64,000 nt of DNA from Felis catus (lineage: Eukaryota). The stretch lies in the NCBI RefSeq assembly GCF_018350175.1, contig NC_058383.1, positions 25,174,001-25,238,000 on the forward strand, read 5' to 3'. A program made the translations under genes and the position numbers. Under the pieces are notes generated by a model. It worked only from the letters and a program-made list of their open reading frames with translations, did not search any database and was not told the DNA's origin. Shown in pieces: positions 25,101 to 36,032 of this stretch (within the stretch, counting starts at the first letter, position 1; every line of letters starts with the position of its first letter).

Positions 25101-28100
25101 CAGCTAACATGTGGTAGAACTGGGATTGTGAGTCTAAGAGGTGGTAAACCTAAGGGTCCAAGATCTCAAATACTGTTTTAGAAATGACCTAGCTCCTTGG
25201 TTTGCCATGCCTTCACACAAAAGGCTACAATAAATCCTAGTGTTGAGAGTGGATCTCTTGGGGTGGGTGGTGGGAGGGTAGGTACAGTAGGTGGGAGCTT
25301 GTATAACATCAACCAAAACCACTTCTGAATGCAGCTGAGTCCATCTCTTCCCAAGGGGAAGGGATGTGGAAGCATAAAACATGGACAAATTTTATCAGAC
25401 ACCTGAAAAGCCACCTGAGTATCTCAGAATGGAGGTTGTAAACACCCACTGAGCCCAGCACTCTCATTTCACAGATGAGAAGAAAGAGATCCTAAAAGAA
25501 TGGGTCATCCTGCCATGGCCAGTGAGTGAGGACAGTAGACAGAGGAAGGGGCCAATCCCAAATGGTGTTGGAGCCAAACCAAAGTTCTCATTACACTTTG
25601 CTTTATCTCCTAAGCTTTTATGGGTTTTAAAACCCAGCATGAACACTTTGGGAGGTGAATGGTATCTCTTTACTTCATCTCTCTGCTTTAGCTATTTCCA
25701 GAAGTCTGTCCCACCTGGAGTTGTGTGTGCTGTTTTGGGGGCCCAAGCAGATGGTGGACAGCTAGGGATGTCAGCAAGAGAAATGAGTCTAACACCAAAG
25801 ACTAGAAGACCAGTAATAAGTGCATATCAGGAGAACATGGCAATGTGAGAATATAAGGACATCCAGCTTGGGGATCCTCTAAAATGTTGGAGATGATGTT
25901 GGACTTGACATGGTCATGTATGATGTAGTCCTGAACTATTTTATTTGGACATCAAAGAAATGGGTGAATCTGCACAATTGGGGGAACTGGAGACATTTAG
26001 ATAACAGGAAAAATAATGAAAATAATACCCCCAAAAGAAGTTTTGATCATGCAAAGTGCCCAACACACTGCCAGGCACATAGTAGGTCCTCAAGAAAAAC
26101 ATAAGGGCTCCTTTACCTAGGCTCTCATTTAAATAAACCTTATATGCCATGGCAGGATATGGAGAACTCCAAAAACCTGTGGGCCTGTTTCTTTTCCTCA
26201 AGCTGGATGTACTATAATGGTGATTTTTATATTTTGTGCAAGAGTATATAAAAATAGAAGTAAAGTTCCTGCCTTTTTTTTTTTTTGACAATCCATTCAC
26301 AAAATGGTTGACTAAACTTGTTTGTATAGAAAAGCTAATTCTCTGGTATGAGTTTGTATCCCCCTCTGTTTTGCAAACATTATTTGTAAAAACATCCATA
26401 TTTCAGACAGTGTTCTATGGACAGGGTTGGAGGGCGTGGTCAACCTTTCAAGTAGTGGAAAGTTCCCAGTGGGTGGAGAAACCAGCTCTCCACCAAAAGT
26501 AGTTGTCTTGCTTTTGTAAAGTCAGCATAAAAACTCCAGCCCTTTCAATAAGAGCATCAGAGGGTCAGCAGAGGCCCTCTGAGTTCTATTTCCGCCTCTG
26601 CTCCTGTGCTGGAAGAATCACCCCAAGAAGATCAATGGTCCGTTGCCTTGGCCATTCATAACAGCAGGAGGAGGAATCCTCAAGGGCTAATCTTATGGCT
26701 TTGATTATTTTGTCCTTCTCTTTCTTCCCTTGGCAGCTGGTAGATGCTGTGGTGGTGAGAGCCATAAAGTCTAAGAGTGAAAGTAATGTAGATTGACTAG
26801 GAAGGTCTCTCATGCATACTTGCATTACTCTCCACACGCTCACAGCTCCCAAACCATGACCAGCAAAAAATATGTTTGGTTTGTTCCACTCAGATTTTTT
26901 CTAAAGTTTATTTCATTCTCAACAGTTTTTCTTCCCCCATAAAAATCCAGAGTTTTCTATTACAAAGTCAGAAGTGCTGGAAACAAAACATCTGGCTGGA
27001 GTTGAGAAGCAGTTGCCCCCTTTTGATAAGCCATGTGAGCTGCGCTATCCGGCAGTCACTAGCGCTCCCTACCGCCACACACCGACCTGCTTTCCTCAAT
27101 TACATTACTACCTGCCGCCCCCCCCCCCCCCCCCCCGCCCCGTGCTCAATCAAGTTTGTGACTGTTAGGCAAAGGGGAAGTAAACAAAACTCCACGTAAA
27201 GTTCACTTTGCTCCATCTCCCAAACCATGTGGACTCTGCAAAACTCTGGCAGGTGTGTCAGCCCCAAGTGGTAGCCTCAGCCCTGCTCACTGACCTGTCC
27301 GTATACATGCCACGCTGACCAGCCACCATTCTGGGAGCCGCGGGAGCACCAGCATCATCCTGTCCCCAGGCTGAAGGCTACACGTGTCCTTCAGCACATT
27401 CGCTGCCCTCCTGGACTGCTGCCCCAGCTGCTCAAAGTTCCACTTGACTTCTGCTCCCATGCCATTGACCCACCAGAATGCAGGGATCGGGGGCCTGTGT
27501 CCAGCCTAGATGGCAGTGTAGGCAGAAAAGAAAAGGAAAACATTTGTTGAGGACTTTTGTTTGCTTGTTACTGTTTTATTTGATTTTGTTGCAATAGTGT
27601 TTAAATTCAACACAGTGTTCAACAGTGTTCAAATTCAAAACAATATGGAAAGATGCATTGAGAGGCTTCCTCCCATCCTTATGCCCATCTATGTTGCTCC
27701 TCACTTCACCTGCCTCAATGAGTAACCAGTATTATTAGTTTCTTGCATATCTGTTCAGTGTTTCTTTTTTTTTTTTTTTAATTTTTTTTTTTCAATGTTT
27801 ATTTATTTTTGGGACAGAGAGAGACAGAGCATGAACGGGGGTGGGGCAGAGAGAGAGGGAAACACAGAATCGGAAACAGGCTCCAGGCTCTGAGCCATCA
27901 GCCCAGAGCCTGACGCGGGGCTCGAACTCACAGACCGCAAGATCGTGACCTGGCTGAAGTCGGACGCTTAACCGACTGCGCCACCCAGGCGCCCCTGTTC
28001 AGTGTTTCTTTAGGTAAACATTAAGTATATTCTGTTTTCCATACCACTTTTTTTAATGCAAAAGACAGTATATGATTCCTCTGTTTTGTGTCCCCTTTTT

Positions 28101-30068
28101 TTGAGATATAATTCTCATACCATAAACTTCACTATTCTGAAGTGCACAATTCAGTGGTTTGTAGTATATTCCCAAAGTGCTGTGATCATTGCCACTATCT
28201 AATTCCAGAACATTTTCATCATCCCAAAAAGAAACACTGTACAGATTAGCAGTCACTTCCTATTCTCCCCTCTCCCCAACCCTTGGCAACCACTCATCTA
28301 CTCTGTTTCTATGGATTTGCCTGTTTTGGATATTTCATATGGATGGAATCATAATATGTGCCAGCACCACTAGTTGGAAAGATTATTCTTTCCCCACTGA
28401 ATTTTCTTGGCACTTGTGTTGAAAATCAACTGACCATAGATTTATGGGTTTATTTCTGGACTCTCAATTCTATTCCATCCATCCATCCAGATCTATCCCT
28501 ATACCAGTGTTACACTGTCTTTTTTTTTTTCCTCACACAGGAAAAAAAAATACAGTTATTACTATAACTCTGTAGCAGGTTTGAGTCCTCCAGGGTTGTA
28601 TTTCTTTTTCAAGGCTGCTGAGGTTATTATTAAGGGTCCTTTGCGTTTCCACATCAATTTTTGGAGAAGATTTCAGCAAAGAAGTCCCCTGGGATTTTGA
28701 TAAATATTACATTGAGTATCTATATTAATTAGAGATGTGTTATCATTTTTTTGAAACATTATACTTTCTGCTTCAAGGGCAATCAAGTTTAAAAAACGTA
28801 CAATTCAACTTTAAAAAGTCAGACTTCAGGTAATCTGCTAAGTGCATATATAACGTAGAGGGTAACATTTTCTGGCAGTCCTTGTTTCCCTAAAGTTGGA
28901 GTTCATCAGATGTGTTTTAAAATTTTCCCAAAATTGTCACGAGGCATACGTTATTTTTACATAATGAAGTAATATCTCAGGGGAATTCTTATGAAGATTC
29001 ATCCGAATCTTTAATGTGTGTTTCTTTAAGAAACACTCCCTGATCTATTCCAGCCTTTGGTAAGTCTCCAGAATTTTAAAAAGTAGATTCTGACAGTTTT
29101 TCCAAGGTTTTTCATTGCTGTTGCTTTTATAGAGGATAAAATTATAGCAAATCCTGATTCCACCATTTTTGCTGATGTAACCCTGTTTGTATTTATCATT
29201 GAGAGAAATCTTCTAAGGACAATGCCAGGTTGGAAAAAGAGCTCAGACTTTGTAGACAGGAACAGGCCCTGGCTCCATCTTCTACATATGCTTCCCAGGT
29301 GGCAGATGGTATGACTCCCATTTGATACATGCGAAAACTAAAGATGAAAAAATATGGGTGAAAAAAATCCAAAGAGCTTGGTGCATTTATCCAAGGTCAC
29401 ACTTCAAGTGGATGAACCATGTCTATCTAACTGCAACCACCTTCATACTTTACTATACCCACGAAACGTATACTTTTAGTGAATCCACTAATGGTGTTAG
29501 TTCCCTCATTGTTTTTCTTTAAACAAGCTCTTCTTAAAGTTAACATAAACAAATTGCTTTGAGATAGTTTATATTCTCCTGCTCTAAATACAAAGTTAGC
29601 ACCTTTAACATAAATAAAAAGCGAACTATAACATACAGACAGAGGCACAACAGACACATAAGGAAGGGAAAATAAAGAAGGAAGCATATGAACACAAACA
29701 CAAAAAGAAATCCAGATAATCAGTTCCTAAAACAGTTTAAATTTTAGGACTTGAGAAACTCCTAGGTCAAATTGTCCACTTATCTTGTAGCTCTGAGTCA
29801 CAGTGGGGTTCCAGAGGGCAGACTTTGATGCCCAAGCTGGACACTAGGACACAGTGCGCCTCACCTTTTCTAGCTGGCTCCACATGTCCAGTACATCGTG
29901 AGCAAAGTTGAAGTACTCAGGCACTGGCTGCCTCCCCAGGCTGATTGCTTCCCAGGTGGCCACAATGTTCTGAGGGTCAAGTAGAGGTGGTGGTTGCCCA
30001 TGAGGCCCACAGAATCCCCGCGCACTTCTCAGCACCTTGAGGACTCGTCCTCTTAGCCATGGCATCAT
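8764..30068 (-). CDS. ACSM5: Acyl-CoA synthetase medium-chain family member 5, complete spliced CDS (13 coding exons, 1767 nt, 588 aa)
   Basis: Exon lengths 204+211+208+144+154+80+124+81+102+128+100+120+111 join in frame with no internal stop and all introns are GT-AG. The protein has the AMP-binding motif [12 protein letters not shown], plus [23 protein letters not shown] and [11 protein letters not shown]. Sequence and head-to-head position next to PDILT match ACSM5. Confidence 0.95.
9268..9387 (-). CDS. ACSM5: ACSM5 exon 13 ([40 protein letters not shown])
   Basis: CAG acceptor, donor AAG|GTAAAC, 120 nt. Confidence 0.94.
10419..10575 (-). mobile_element. Degenerate, internally deleted Can-SINE
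   Basis: gagatcgtgacctgagctga...gagccacccagatgcc. Confidence 0.75.
10707..10915 (-). mobile_element. Can-SINE (ACSM5 intron 12)
   Basis: T tail, GA repeat, gagatcatgacctgagccaaag. Confidence 0.9.
11630..11729 (-). CDS. ACSM5: ACSM5 exon 12 ([33 protein letters not shown])
   Basis: CAG acceptor, donor GAG|GTAACT, 100 nt; 85-nt intron to exon 11. Confidence 0.94.
11815..11942 (-). CDS. ACSM5: ACSM5 exon 11 ([42 protein letters not shown])
   Basis: CAG acceptor, donor AAG|GTCAAG, 128 nt. Confidence 0.94.
12430..13015 (+). mobile_element. Old L1M 3' end interrupted by a SINE
   Basis: aaacattatgctcagtgacagaaaccagacac...gtatgtaaattatgcctcaat. Confidence 0.7.
12565..12784 (+). mobile_element. 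Can-SINE (ACSM5 intron 10)
   Basis: gaggcacctgggtggctcagtcagttaag head, aataaa/A tail. Confidence 0.9.
14103..14252. mobile_element. MER5-like hAT DNA transposon relic
   Basis: cttaaccttggctgcacatctgaatcacc...aatgtgcagccagggttgagaacc terminal inverted similarity. Confidence 0.65.
14766..14867 (-). CDS. ACSM5: ACSM5 exon 10 ([34 protein letters not shown])
   Basis: CAG acceptor, donor TTG|GTAAGT, 102 nt. Confidence 0.94.
15009..15089 (-). CDS. ACSM5: ACSM5 exon 9 ([27 protein letters not shown])
   Basis: CAG acceptor, donor CAG|GTAGGC, 81 nt. Confidence 0.94.
15687..15810 (-). CDS. ACSM5: ACSM5 exon 8 ([41 protein letters not shown])
   Basis: AAG acceptor, donor ACA|GTGAGT, 124 nt. Confidence 0.93.
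17085..17400. repeat. Compound microsatellite (TA)n/(CA/TG)n/(GA)n
   Basis: Directly visible next to ACSM5 exon 7. Confidence 0.95.
17435..17514 (-). CDS. ACSM5: ACSM5 exon 7 ([26 protein letters not shown])
   Basis: TAG acceptor, donor CAG|GTACAG, 80 nt. Confidence 0.93.
17620..18810 (+). mobile_element. MLT1-type LTR split by an antisense L1 3' end (about 17990-18650), which is split by a SINE (18338-18504)
   Basis: cagcctccaaggtggctcc start; ...cctggaagaca / cctagctgacagcttgactgcaacctcatgagag continuation; tgtgagatactaaatgttggttttaagctgctaag end. Confidence 0.75.
19676..19790 (-). mobile_element. Short older Can-SINE lacking the (CT)n segment
   Basis: taagtaatctcaacccccaatgtggtgcttgaactcacaaccctgagatcaagag. 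Confidence 0.75.
19853..20006 (-). CDS. ACSM5: ACSM5 exon 6 ([24 protein letters not shown]...KVILN)
   Basis: CAG acceptor, donor AAT|GTAAGA, 154 nt. Confidence 0.95.
21390..21988 (+). mobile_element. L1M 3' end
   Basis: aaaattaaacatagaatcactgtatgatccagcaattccacttctgg...cttaccacaattaaaaa. Confidence 0.8.
22087..22322 (-). mobile_element. Can-SINE with expanded (GA)n, about 100 nt from the ACSM5 exon 5 donor
   Basis: T tail, long (GA)n, gaaccacccaggtgcccc. Confidence 0.92.
22428..22571 (-). CDS. ACSM5: ACSM5 exon 5 ([47 protein letters not shown]), AMP-binding P-loop
   Basis: CAG acceptor, donor AAG|GTACCA, 144 nt. Confidence 0.95.
24544..24751 (-). CDS. ACSM5: ACSM5 exon 4 ([21 protein letters not shown]...MNFRELLR)
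   Basis: CAG acceptor, donor CCG|GTAAGT, 208 nt; overlaps ORF 24540..24761. Confidence 0.95.
27295..27505 (-). CDS. ACSM5: ACSM5 exon 3 ([15 protein letters not shown]...[17 protein letters not shown])
   Basis: TAG acceptor, donor CAG|GTCAGT, 211 nt; translated by hand, absent from the ORF track. Confidence 0.93.
27768..27995 (-). mobile_element. Young felid Can-SINE
   Basis: CpG-rich; perfect 16-bp TSD tgttcagtgtttcttt at 27752-27767 and 27996-28011. Confidence 0.95.
28095..29200 (-). mobile_element. Old L1 fragments
   Basis: ataattctcataccataaacttcactattctgaagtgcacaattcagtgg; ttcttggcacttgtgttgaaaatcaactgaccatag. Confidence 0.65.
29865..30068 (-). CDS. ACSM5: ACSM5 coding exon 1 (gene exon 2); Arg-rich mitochondrial transit peptide [20 protein letters not shown]...WSQLEK
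   Basis: ATG at 30068; donor AAG|GTGAGG after 29865; likely acceptor CAG about 15 nt upstream of the ATG (exon start about 30083). Confidence 0.93.
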
Positions 30069-30409
30069 GTTATTGCCTCTGGTCTGTCACCAAAGAGAAG
30101 AGACAGAGCATCATGCTGAATTCTGGGCTTTGTGGACAGACTGAGCTTGAGAAGAAACCTGTGGTCAGCCCTGATGGTGACTACAGTGCACACTGACCTG
30201 TAAACAGAGTCTTGGAACTCAGTCTTAGTACCACCATGTGATTTTGGTCATTTTTTTCTCAGTCTGAGGCCCATCTCTTCCACCTCTCACCGCCTGTGGA
30301 CCTCTGGGGGTCTGAGGTCAGTAACTCAGAACCCACTTCCCAAGGCTTCCCAAGCCCACTTTCCCAAGATAAACCCTGAACTAGCTGACAAAGACAAGAA
30401 AAGCTTTAG

Positions 30410-31172
30410 AGCAACACTGCACAATAGAAATATATTGTGAGCTACACCTGTAATGTACAATTTTCTAGTAGCTTCATTCAAAAACATAAAAAGAAAGGGG
30501 TGAAATGAATTACAATAATATTTTATTTAATCCATGTGAAAGGTGAAATAAGATAGGGTCATTATGTCAAGAGGTTTTAAAATGAGTCTGGAGGCCATTC
30601 AGGAGGTAGGCCTTAACGTTCACACCTCACCAGTGGAACCATGAACTTTTGAACTGGGCCAAACCACAAATATTCCAAGGACTCAGTCTGAATACCTGTT
30701 ACAGTAAGAGACTTTGTTTAGCCTTAGCAATCAATTATATTCAGTCAAGATCAGTTTTCTTCCGCCAACATCAATCAAAATTCGTTGTAAGCAATATATA
30801 GAAGCATTCCCTTTTGTCTTTAAAAATCCTTGCCTGTTGCTCCCTGGAGTGGGGGTGGGGCACTATTTGGGTTCCAGCCCTAATCTGTGTTCTCTGAATT
30901 GTAATTCTGAGACACCAAATGAACTTTTTTTTTTTAGCTTTGCTCTTTTTTTTTGGTCAACACCAGCTGTATCCTATAATTTCAACATGTAATCAATGTA
31001 AAAAGAAATTACTAAAGAGATAATTTACATTTTTGGGGGGTGGAGGTAGAGGATTGTAAATCCTCACAATCCAGTATGTATTTTACACTTACAAACACAC
31101 CTCACTTTGGACAAGCCACATTTCAAGGGCTCAACAGCTGCAAGTGGCTGTGGCTACCATATTGGACAGGGC
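30410..31172. mobile_element. MER33/MER3-like hAT transposon split by an LTR
   Basis: cactgcacaatagaaatat...tttcaagggctcaacagctgcaagtggctgtggctaccatattggacagggca. Confidence 0.65.
30537..30962 (+). mobile_element. ERV solo LTR in putative ACSM5 intron 1
   Basis: TG...CA termini (tgaaagg...gtcaaca); TATA-like and polyA-like segments; interrupts the hAT relic. Confidence 0.6.
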
Positions 31173-31430
31173 AATTTTCAGTGTCTTGCTACTCAAAGTC
31201 GGTCTATGGGACAGCAGCATCAGCACTCCTGGGAGCTTGGGACAACTGCAGAACCACAGACCGCACTCTAGACGTGTGGAATTAGACTCTGCACTTAAAG
31301 GGAGCCTGAGTGAGGTGTGTGCACTTGGAAGTTTAAGAAGCAGTGGCCTAGAGGCTGCATCCCCAGATGCAGTTTTTTTCCACCAAATTCCTTTTGGTCA
31401 TTATAATAGTAACAGAATATGGTAATGTAA

Positions 31431-31761
31431 CTGCCAGAGACTAAAAGTTTGAGCTTCCCACCCCCAGATTCTTTTATTAAGTTCTAACCCCCAATGTGAT
31501 GGTAGCAGGAGGTGGGGGCCTTTGGGAGGTGATGAGGTCCTGAGACCCCAGAGAGCTGGCTTGCCCCTTCTGCTTCTTGAGGAGAATGCAGACCCACTTT
31601 GCCAGACCTGCTTTGTCAGACCTGCCTGGTCTGCGAACCAGGAAGGGGGCTCTCACCACACTTGGAATCTGACTGCTGCACTTTGATCTTGGACTTCCCA
31701 GTCCCCAGAACCATGAGAAATAAATGTTGTTTGAACCACAGCTGCCAAACAGACTAAGACA
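31431..31761 (+). mobile_element. MaLR (MLT1A/MST-like) LTR
   Basis: ctaacccccaatgtgatggta...ggcctttgggaggtgat...ggacttcccagtccccagaaccatgagaaataaatg...gactaagaca. Confidence 0.75.
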
Positions 31762-32211
31762 ATAACCAACAATAATAATGTATCACAATACCAAGAAGAA
31801 TGATTATAATTGCCATCTACAGAAGACTTACTGTGTACCAAGCAAACATTTGGAAGGCGCTTTGTAGATGTTATTTCCTTAAATCCTTACAACTCTAGGA
31901 TCTAACTGTTCTTTTCTCTGTTTTACAGATAAAGAAAGCGAGGCTTAGAGATGACAGACAAGTGACTTGCAGGTCTCAACTCCCAGAGACGCCCAGGCCC
32001 CAGCCTCTGTTGTGGCCGCCAGCCCTAGGGCCTCAGACTCCCCCCCCTCTGACCCTCTCCCCCCATTCCTCAGCTCTCCTGAACTCTGCCCCAAGCCTTT
32101 TCCTCTGCCTCCCACACCTGGATTCCTCCACCCCTTGACAGCTGATAATTACAGTCCCCAGGCCTCCTTTCCCAGGGCACAAGGCCATTTCAGGCAGGCC
32201 TCTTCTGATAC

Positions 32212-32360
32212 CTGTCCTTGAAAGACTTCTCTCTATAGTACCTTGCTCTTGAACCCAAGAAATGCAAAAGAGCTTCGGTGTTCTGCTTCAGCTGAATACA
32301 GGCTTTAATGCCTATAAACATTCAGGTTCCTCCAGGACTGCTGGAGAAGGTAATCTGCTG
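32212..32360 (-). other. ACSM5: Candidate non-coding first exon of ACSM5 (5' boundary approximate)
   Basis: Donor CAG|GTATCA at 32212/32211 in non-repetitive sequence about 2.1 kb upstream of coding exon 1. ACSM5 is expected to have a 5' UTR exon. Inferred only. Confidence 0.35.
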
Positions 32361-32367
32361 ACTCAGC
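32356..32367. promoter_or_regulatory. MARE/ARE (Maf-NRF2/AP-1) motif TGCTGACTCAGC
   Basis: 12 of 13 match to palindromic T-MARE TGCTGACTCAGCA, at the putative ACSM5 5' end. Confidence 0.4.
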
Positions 32368-33481
32368 CTCCCACAGGGAAGTTTGGCCCCAGATGCAGCC
32401 AAGAGAGGGCAGAGCCTGAAGCCAGCAGAGGACAAGGTAACTTCAACTGGCCAGCAAGCTTGAAGCCTGTGAGTGTGGCTCCACCAACAAGTTTTTCTCA
32501 GAGCTCGCAGGGCTGGGAGATTAAACTCCAGCTCTGGTGGAACATCTTCCCTGAAAATTCAGTTCACCACGTCATCTGAAAAGAGAACAGGAACTTTATT
32601 ATGTTTTAGCAGAAAGAATACAATAGTGACAATAATATAAGTCAAACCATGTTCCTTTTCTGCTCCAAACCCTCCAAAGCACAGAGACAAGAAAGTACAT
32701 CAGTAGTTGCCTGGGGCTGGGTATGTGAACAGGGAATGACTGCAAATGGACACAAGGGATGTCTTTGAGGTGATAGAAATTTTTTATATCGGAATGTGAT
32801 CACGGCTGCACAAATCTGTAAATGACTAAAAATAACAGCAATAGTAACAATGGCATACTTCAATGAATTTTATGGTATGTAAAATTAAATCTAAAAAAAA
32901 GAAAAAAAAAAAAGCTTTTTTTGTTTTGTGTTGTTTTGAAACCTCCTATGTCTCCCTGTCTGGCTCGAAGTCCAAGTCAAAGTCCTGCCAGCAGCTGCAA
33001 GGCCCCACATGATTTCCTGGCTCTCCCCTCCGGCCCCCTGCTAGCTCTGTTCCAGCCACACTGGCCTGCCTGCCCTTTGTTCTCCCTGCTGCTGGTTAAC
33101 TGGATCTCTGAGAACAAGAGCAAAAAACATCTTGTCTCATAGTGTTTGCCAATATCTGTGGTTAAATATTCCCACCATGGCCAATTTCAATCAACCAAAG
33201 TTTTAAAAACCGGCTTGCAAAGTTCCTGATTATTAACTGTCTCTGGCACACCCCTGTGAGCTGGCTCCAGCCCTGCTTCATTCCTTGAGCTCCAGGCTCA
33301 CTGGCTTCTCTGCCACAAATTTCCTTTCACAGGGTTCACTCACTGTCTCACCACTCACACACAGGCCCCTGCTCAGCATGCCTTCTGCCACAGCCCTAAC
33401 CCCAACTGGAACCTTCTCCCATCTGACACTTCCCACCTTCCTTCTCTGCTTGATTTTCCTTCTTAGTGTTTATCACTTTCT

Positions 33482-33701
33482 TTTTTAAATGTTTTTTTTT
33501 TTTAATATTTATTTATTTCTGAGAGAGAGCAAGCGCGCGTGCAAATGGGGAAGGGGCAGGAGGGAGGCACAGAATCCCAAGCAGACTCCAGGTTCAAAGC
33601 TGTTAGCACAGAGCCGGACATGGGGCTCAAACCCGTGAACCATGAGATCATGACCTGAGCTGAAGTTGGCCACTCAACTGACCAAACCACCCAGGTGCCC
33701 C
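33482..33701 (-). mobile_element. Can-SINE
   Basis: 17-bp TSD agtgtttatcactttct at 33465-33481 and 33702-33718. Confidence 0.93.
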
Positions 33702-34936
33702 AGTGTTTATCACTTTCTAACATTCAATGTATTTTATAAGAAACATTTTTTTCCAGTTTTAATACGAAATGATTGACAGATAAAATTCTATATATTTAAG
33801 GTATGTGGCATATGCATTACATAAATGGTTACTACAGTTAAGCTAATTAATACAGCCATCACTTCACCTACCTGCCATTCAATATTTTCTACTCATTCAC
33901 TTTTGCTGTCTGTCCCCTCCTCCAACCCACACATGCACACTAGAATATCAACTCCACCAGAACATGGATTTTAGATGTTCAGCCGTTTCCTCAGGACTTG
34001 TAACAGTGCCCTGCCACACTTTAAGAGTTTAATAAATACTTGTTGAGTCAATGAAGAGTAAATGAGAATTAACATTTAGTGAACATTTTTTGTCTGCCAG
34101 TGATTGCTATGTGCAGCAAGTACAAATTGACCTCTGATGTTCTCTGACCTCAGATCACCTTTCTTCCTTAGCACTAGAAGTGGTTCAAAGTCCTTCCGAT
34201 GGAAAAGGGGCTATGAGTGCCTCCTGGAGAGGATGCTTAGGCATCAGCTGCCTTGCTTTGCAGTGGTTAGCATCACACTGGGTGTTCATCCTCCACTGTG
34301 TTTTGCTCCCTGAGGTTCTGGCTTATTTCCTGGCCAGGCTGCTGTTGCCCCTTCCCATGGAGGCAGCTCCTCTTCCTCCCTGCCAAGCATGGCCATAGCA
34401 AATCATCTCTTTGACCTTCAAATTCCACTTCCTCAGTGCCTAGGCCTCTAATGGGTCCCAGGCAACCGCTCTTATCTGCAAATCTGCAGCCAGATCTAAA
34501 GATACATTCTCTAGTCTCAGGAAGGTGGATGGTCAGATGACCTGCTTTTCAGAGGACCTGAAGTCAATTTCACTGCTATCCATCAGTATTTGATAAGAAT
34601 CCAGCCACAAAGAACTGGAGGCTACAAACTCTGACAATAATTCTGCTGCTACTGCTAATAATACAATAACTGCCTTTCATTTATCATTCAACAAACATCT
34701 TTAAGCACCTATTAGCTGCTAGGCAAAGTAAAGTATAAGGAATTTAAAAGGTGATTGCTACTGTGATGAAAACTAAAGCCTAGAAAGAGACAGAAAGTAC
34801 CTAAGAGGATTGGGGAGGTTAACGGTTTTAAACAAAGTGATGGGGAAAAGGCCCAGGCTGAGAAAGTGATGTTTGAGCAAAGACTTACAGGAGATAAGAC
34901 AGTAAACCTGGGTGAAGAGCCGACTATAGAAGAAAC

Positions 34937-35327
34937 TGATATGGGAAACAAAGGCAGAAGGAAATGGCAGATAAAATTGAATTTCCTTATATCCTGCAGC
35001 CTGTTGACAAATACTTAAGGCAGGCAGAGTAAAAGTTTCTCAGGGAACTCCCTGCTGTCTTAATGCTAATGCTTTGCTGGAGGGAAAAACAACCTTAGGG
35101 TAACAGTAGCTAGGCCTCCAGTATCCTGGGAGTCTTCTTTAGCATATGAACTCCCAAGTATATAACCAGTCTATCCACAGGGTCCTGGGCAGCTCTTTCT
35201 GCCCAAGGGTTTTGTCCCCTGGCTTTAATACAATCACCTTTTTGCACCAAAGACATCTTCAAGAATTCTTTCCTGGCTGTCAGCTCCAAACCCCATGAAC
35301 CCCCCTCATCACCCCAAAACCTCATCA
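34937..35327 (+). mobile_element. ERV solo LTR (carnivore-type), 391 bp
   Basis: TGAT...ATCA inverted termini, near-TSD gaaac/gaagc, internal TATATAA at about 35159-35165, AATACA polyA-like site. Confidence 0.75.
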
Positions 35328-35799
35328 GAAGCTACGAGTGCCCCTGAGGTGGGAGAGTGACCATCATATTGGAGGAGTGACAAGAAGGCCAGTGTGGCTG
35401 CAGCAGGGAGTGGGAGAGAGGCTAGGAGAGGAGACAAGGGCCAGCTTTCTGCCCTCCAGGTCCCTTGCAGCTCACTTTGGCCAGTCAGCTCCGTTAACCC
35501 TTCCAACAGCCCTGTGAGTTCTATGCCATTTTACACGTGACAAAACTGAGCCTCAGAAAGGGTGAGCGACATGCCCAAGGCCACCCAGCTATTCAGGGAC
35601 AGAGCTGGGATTCCAATTCCAATGTTTAGAGACTTCTGTGCCACCCTGTGCCACTCTTGGCCGGGATGTATTTTGTTTCTGGTGTTCCCTGTGACCTCCA
35701 GCCCCACCCCTGTGCTTGGGCAAGCGCCTCTCAGCAAGGGCAGGGCCTTCTTACCCAACAATGGCCATTCTTCTCCAGGGCCACCCTGGTCTCCAGAAC

Positions 35800-36032
35800 C
35801 CCAGAATGTGGAACACTGCTGCTCAGGCTGCTGTGGTTCCCGTGTGTCTGGGAAGGGTCTTCATTTCTGCCTCTGGATTTCTTTAGGAAACTCGGCGGCC
35901 TCCAGGTCCTACTCTGTCACAAAGGGAAACCAGGAGTCTGTTCTTCAGGCCACGACTTCCCTCCTCAAGTGCCCCGGAGTTTGCTGCCCCAGCTCGGCCC
36001 AGTGGGCCTGCGTGTAACCAGACTTCCTACAG
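35800..36032 (+). other. PDILT: Candidate non-coding first exon of PDILT (5' boundary approximate)
   Basis: Non-repetitive, relatively GC/CpG-rich stretch ending in donor CAG|GTATGG at 36032/36033, between the two genes. Inferred only. Confidence 0.35.
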
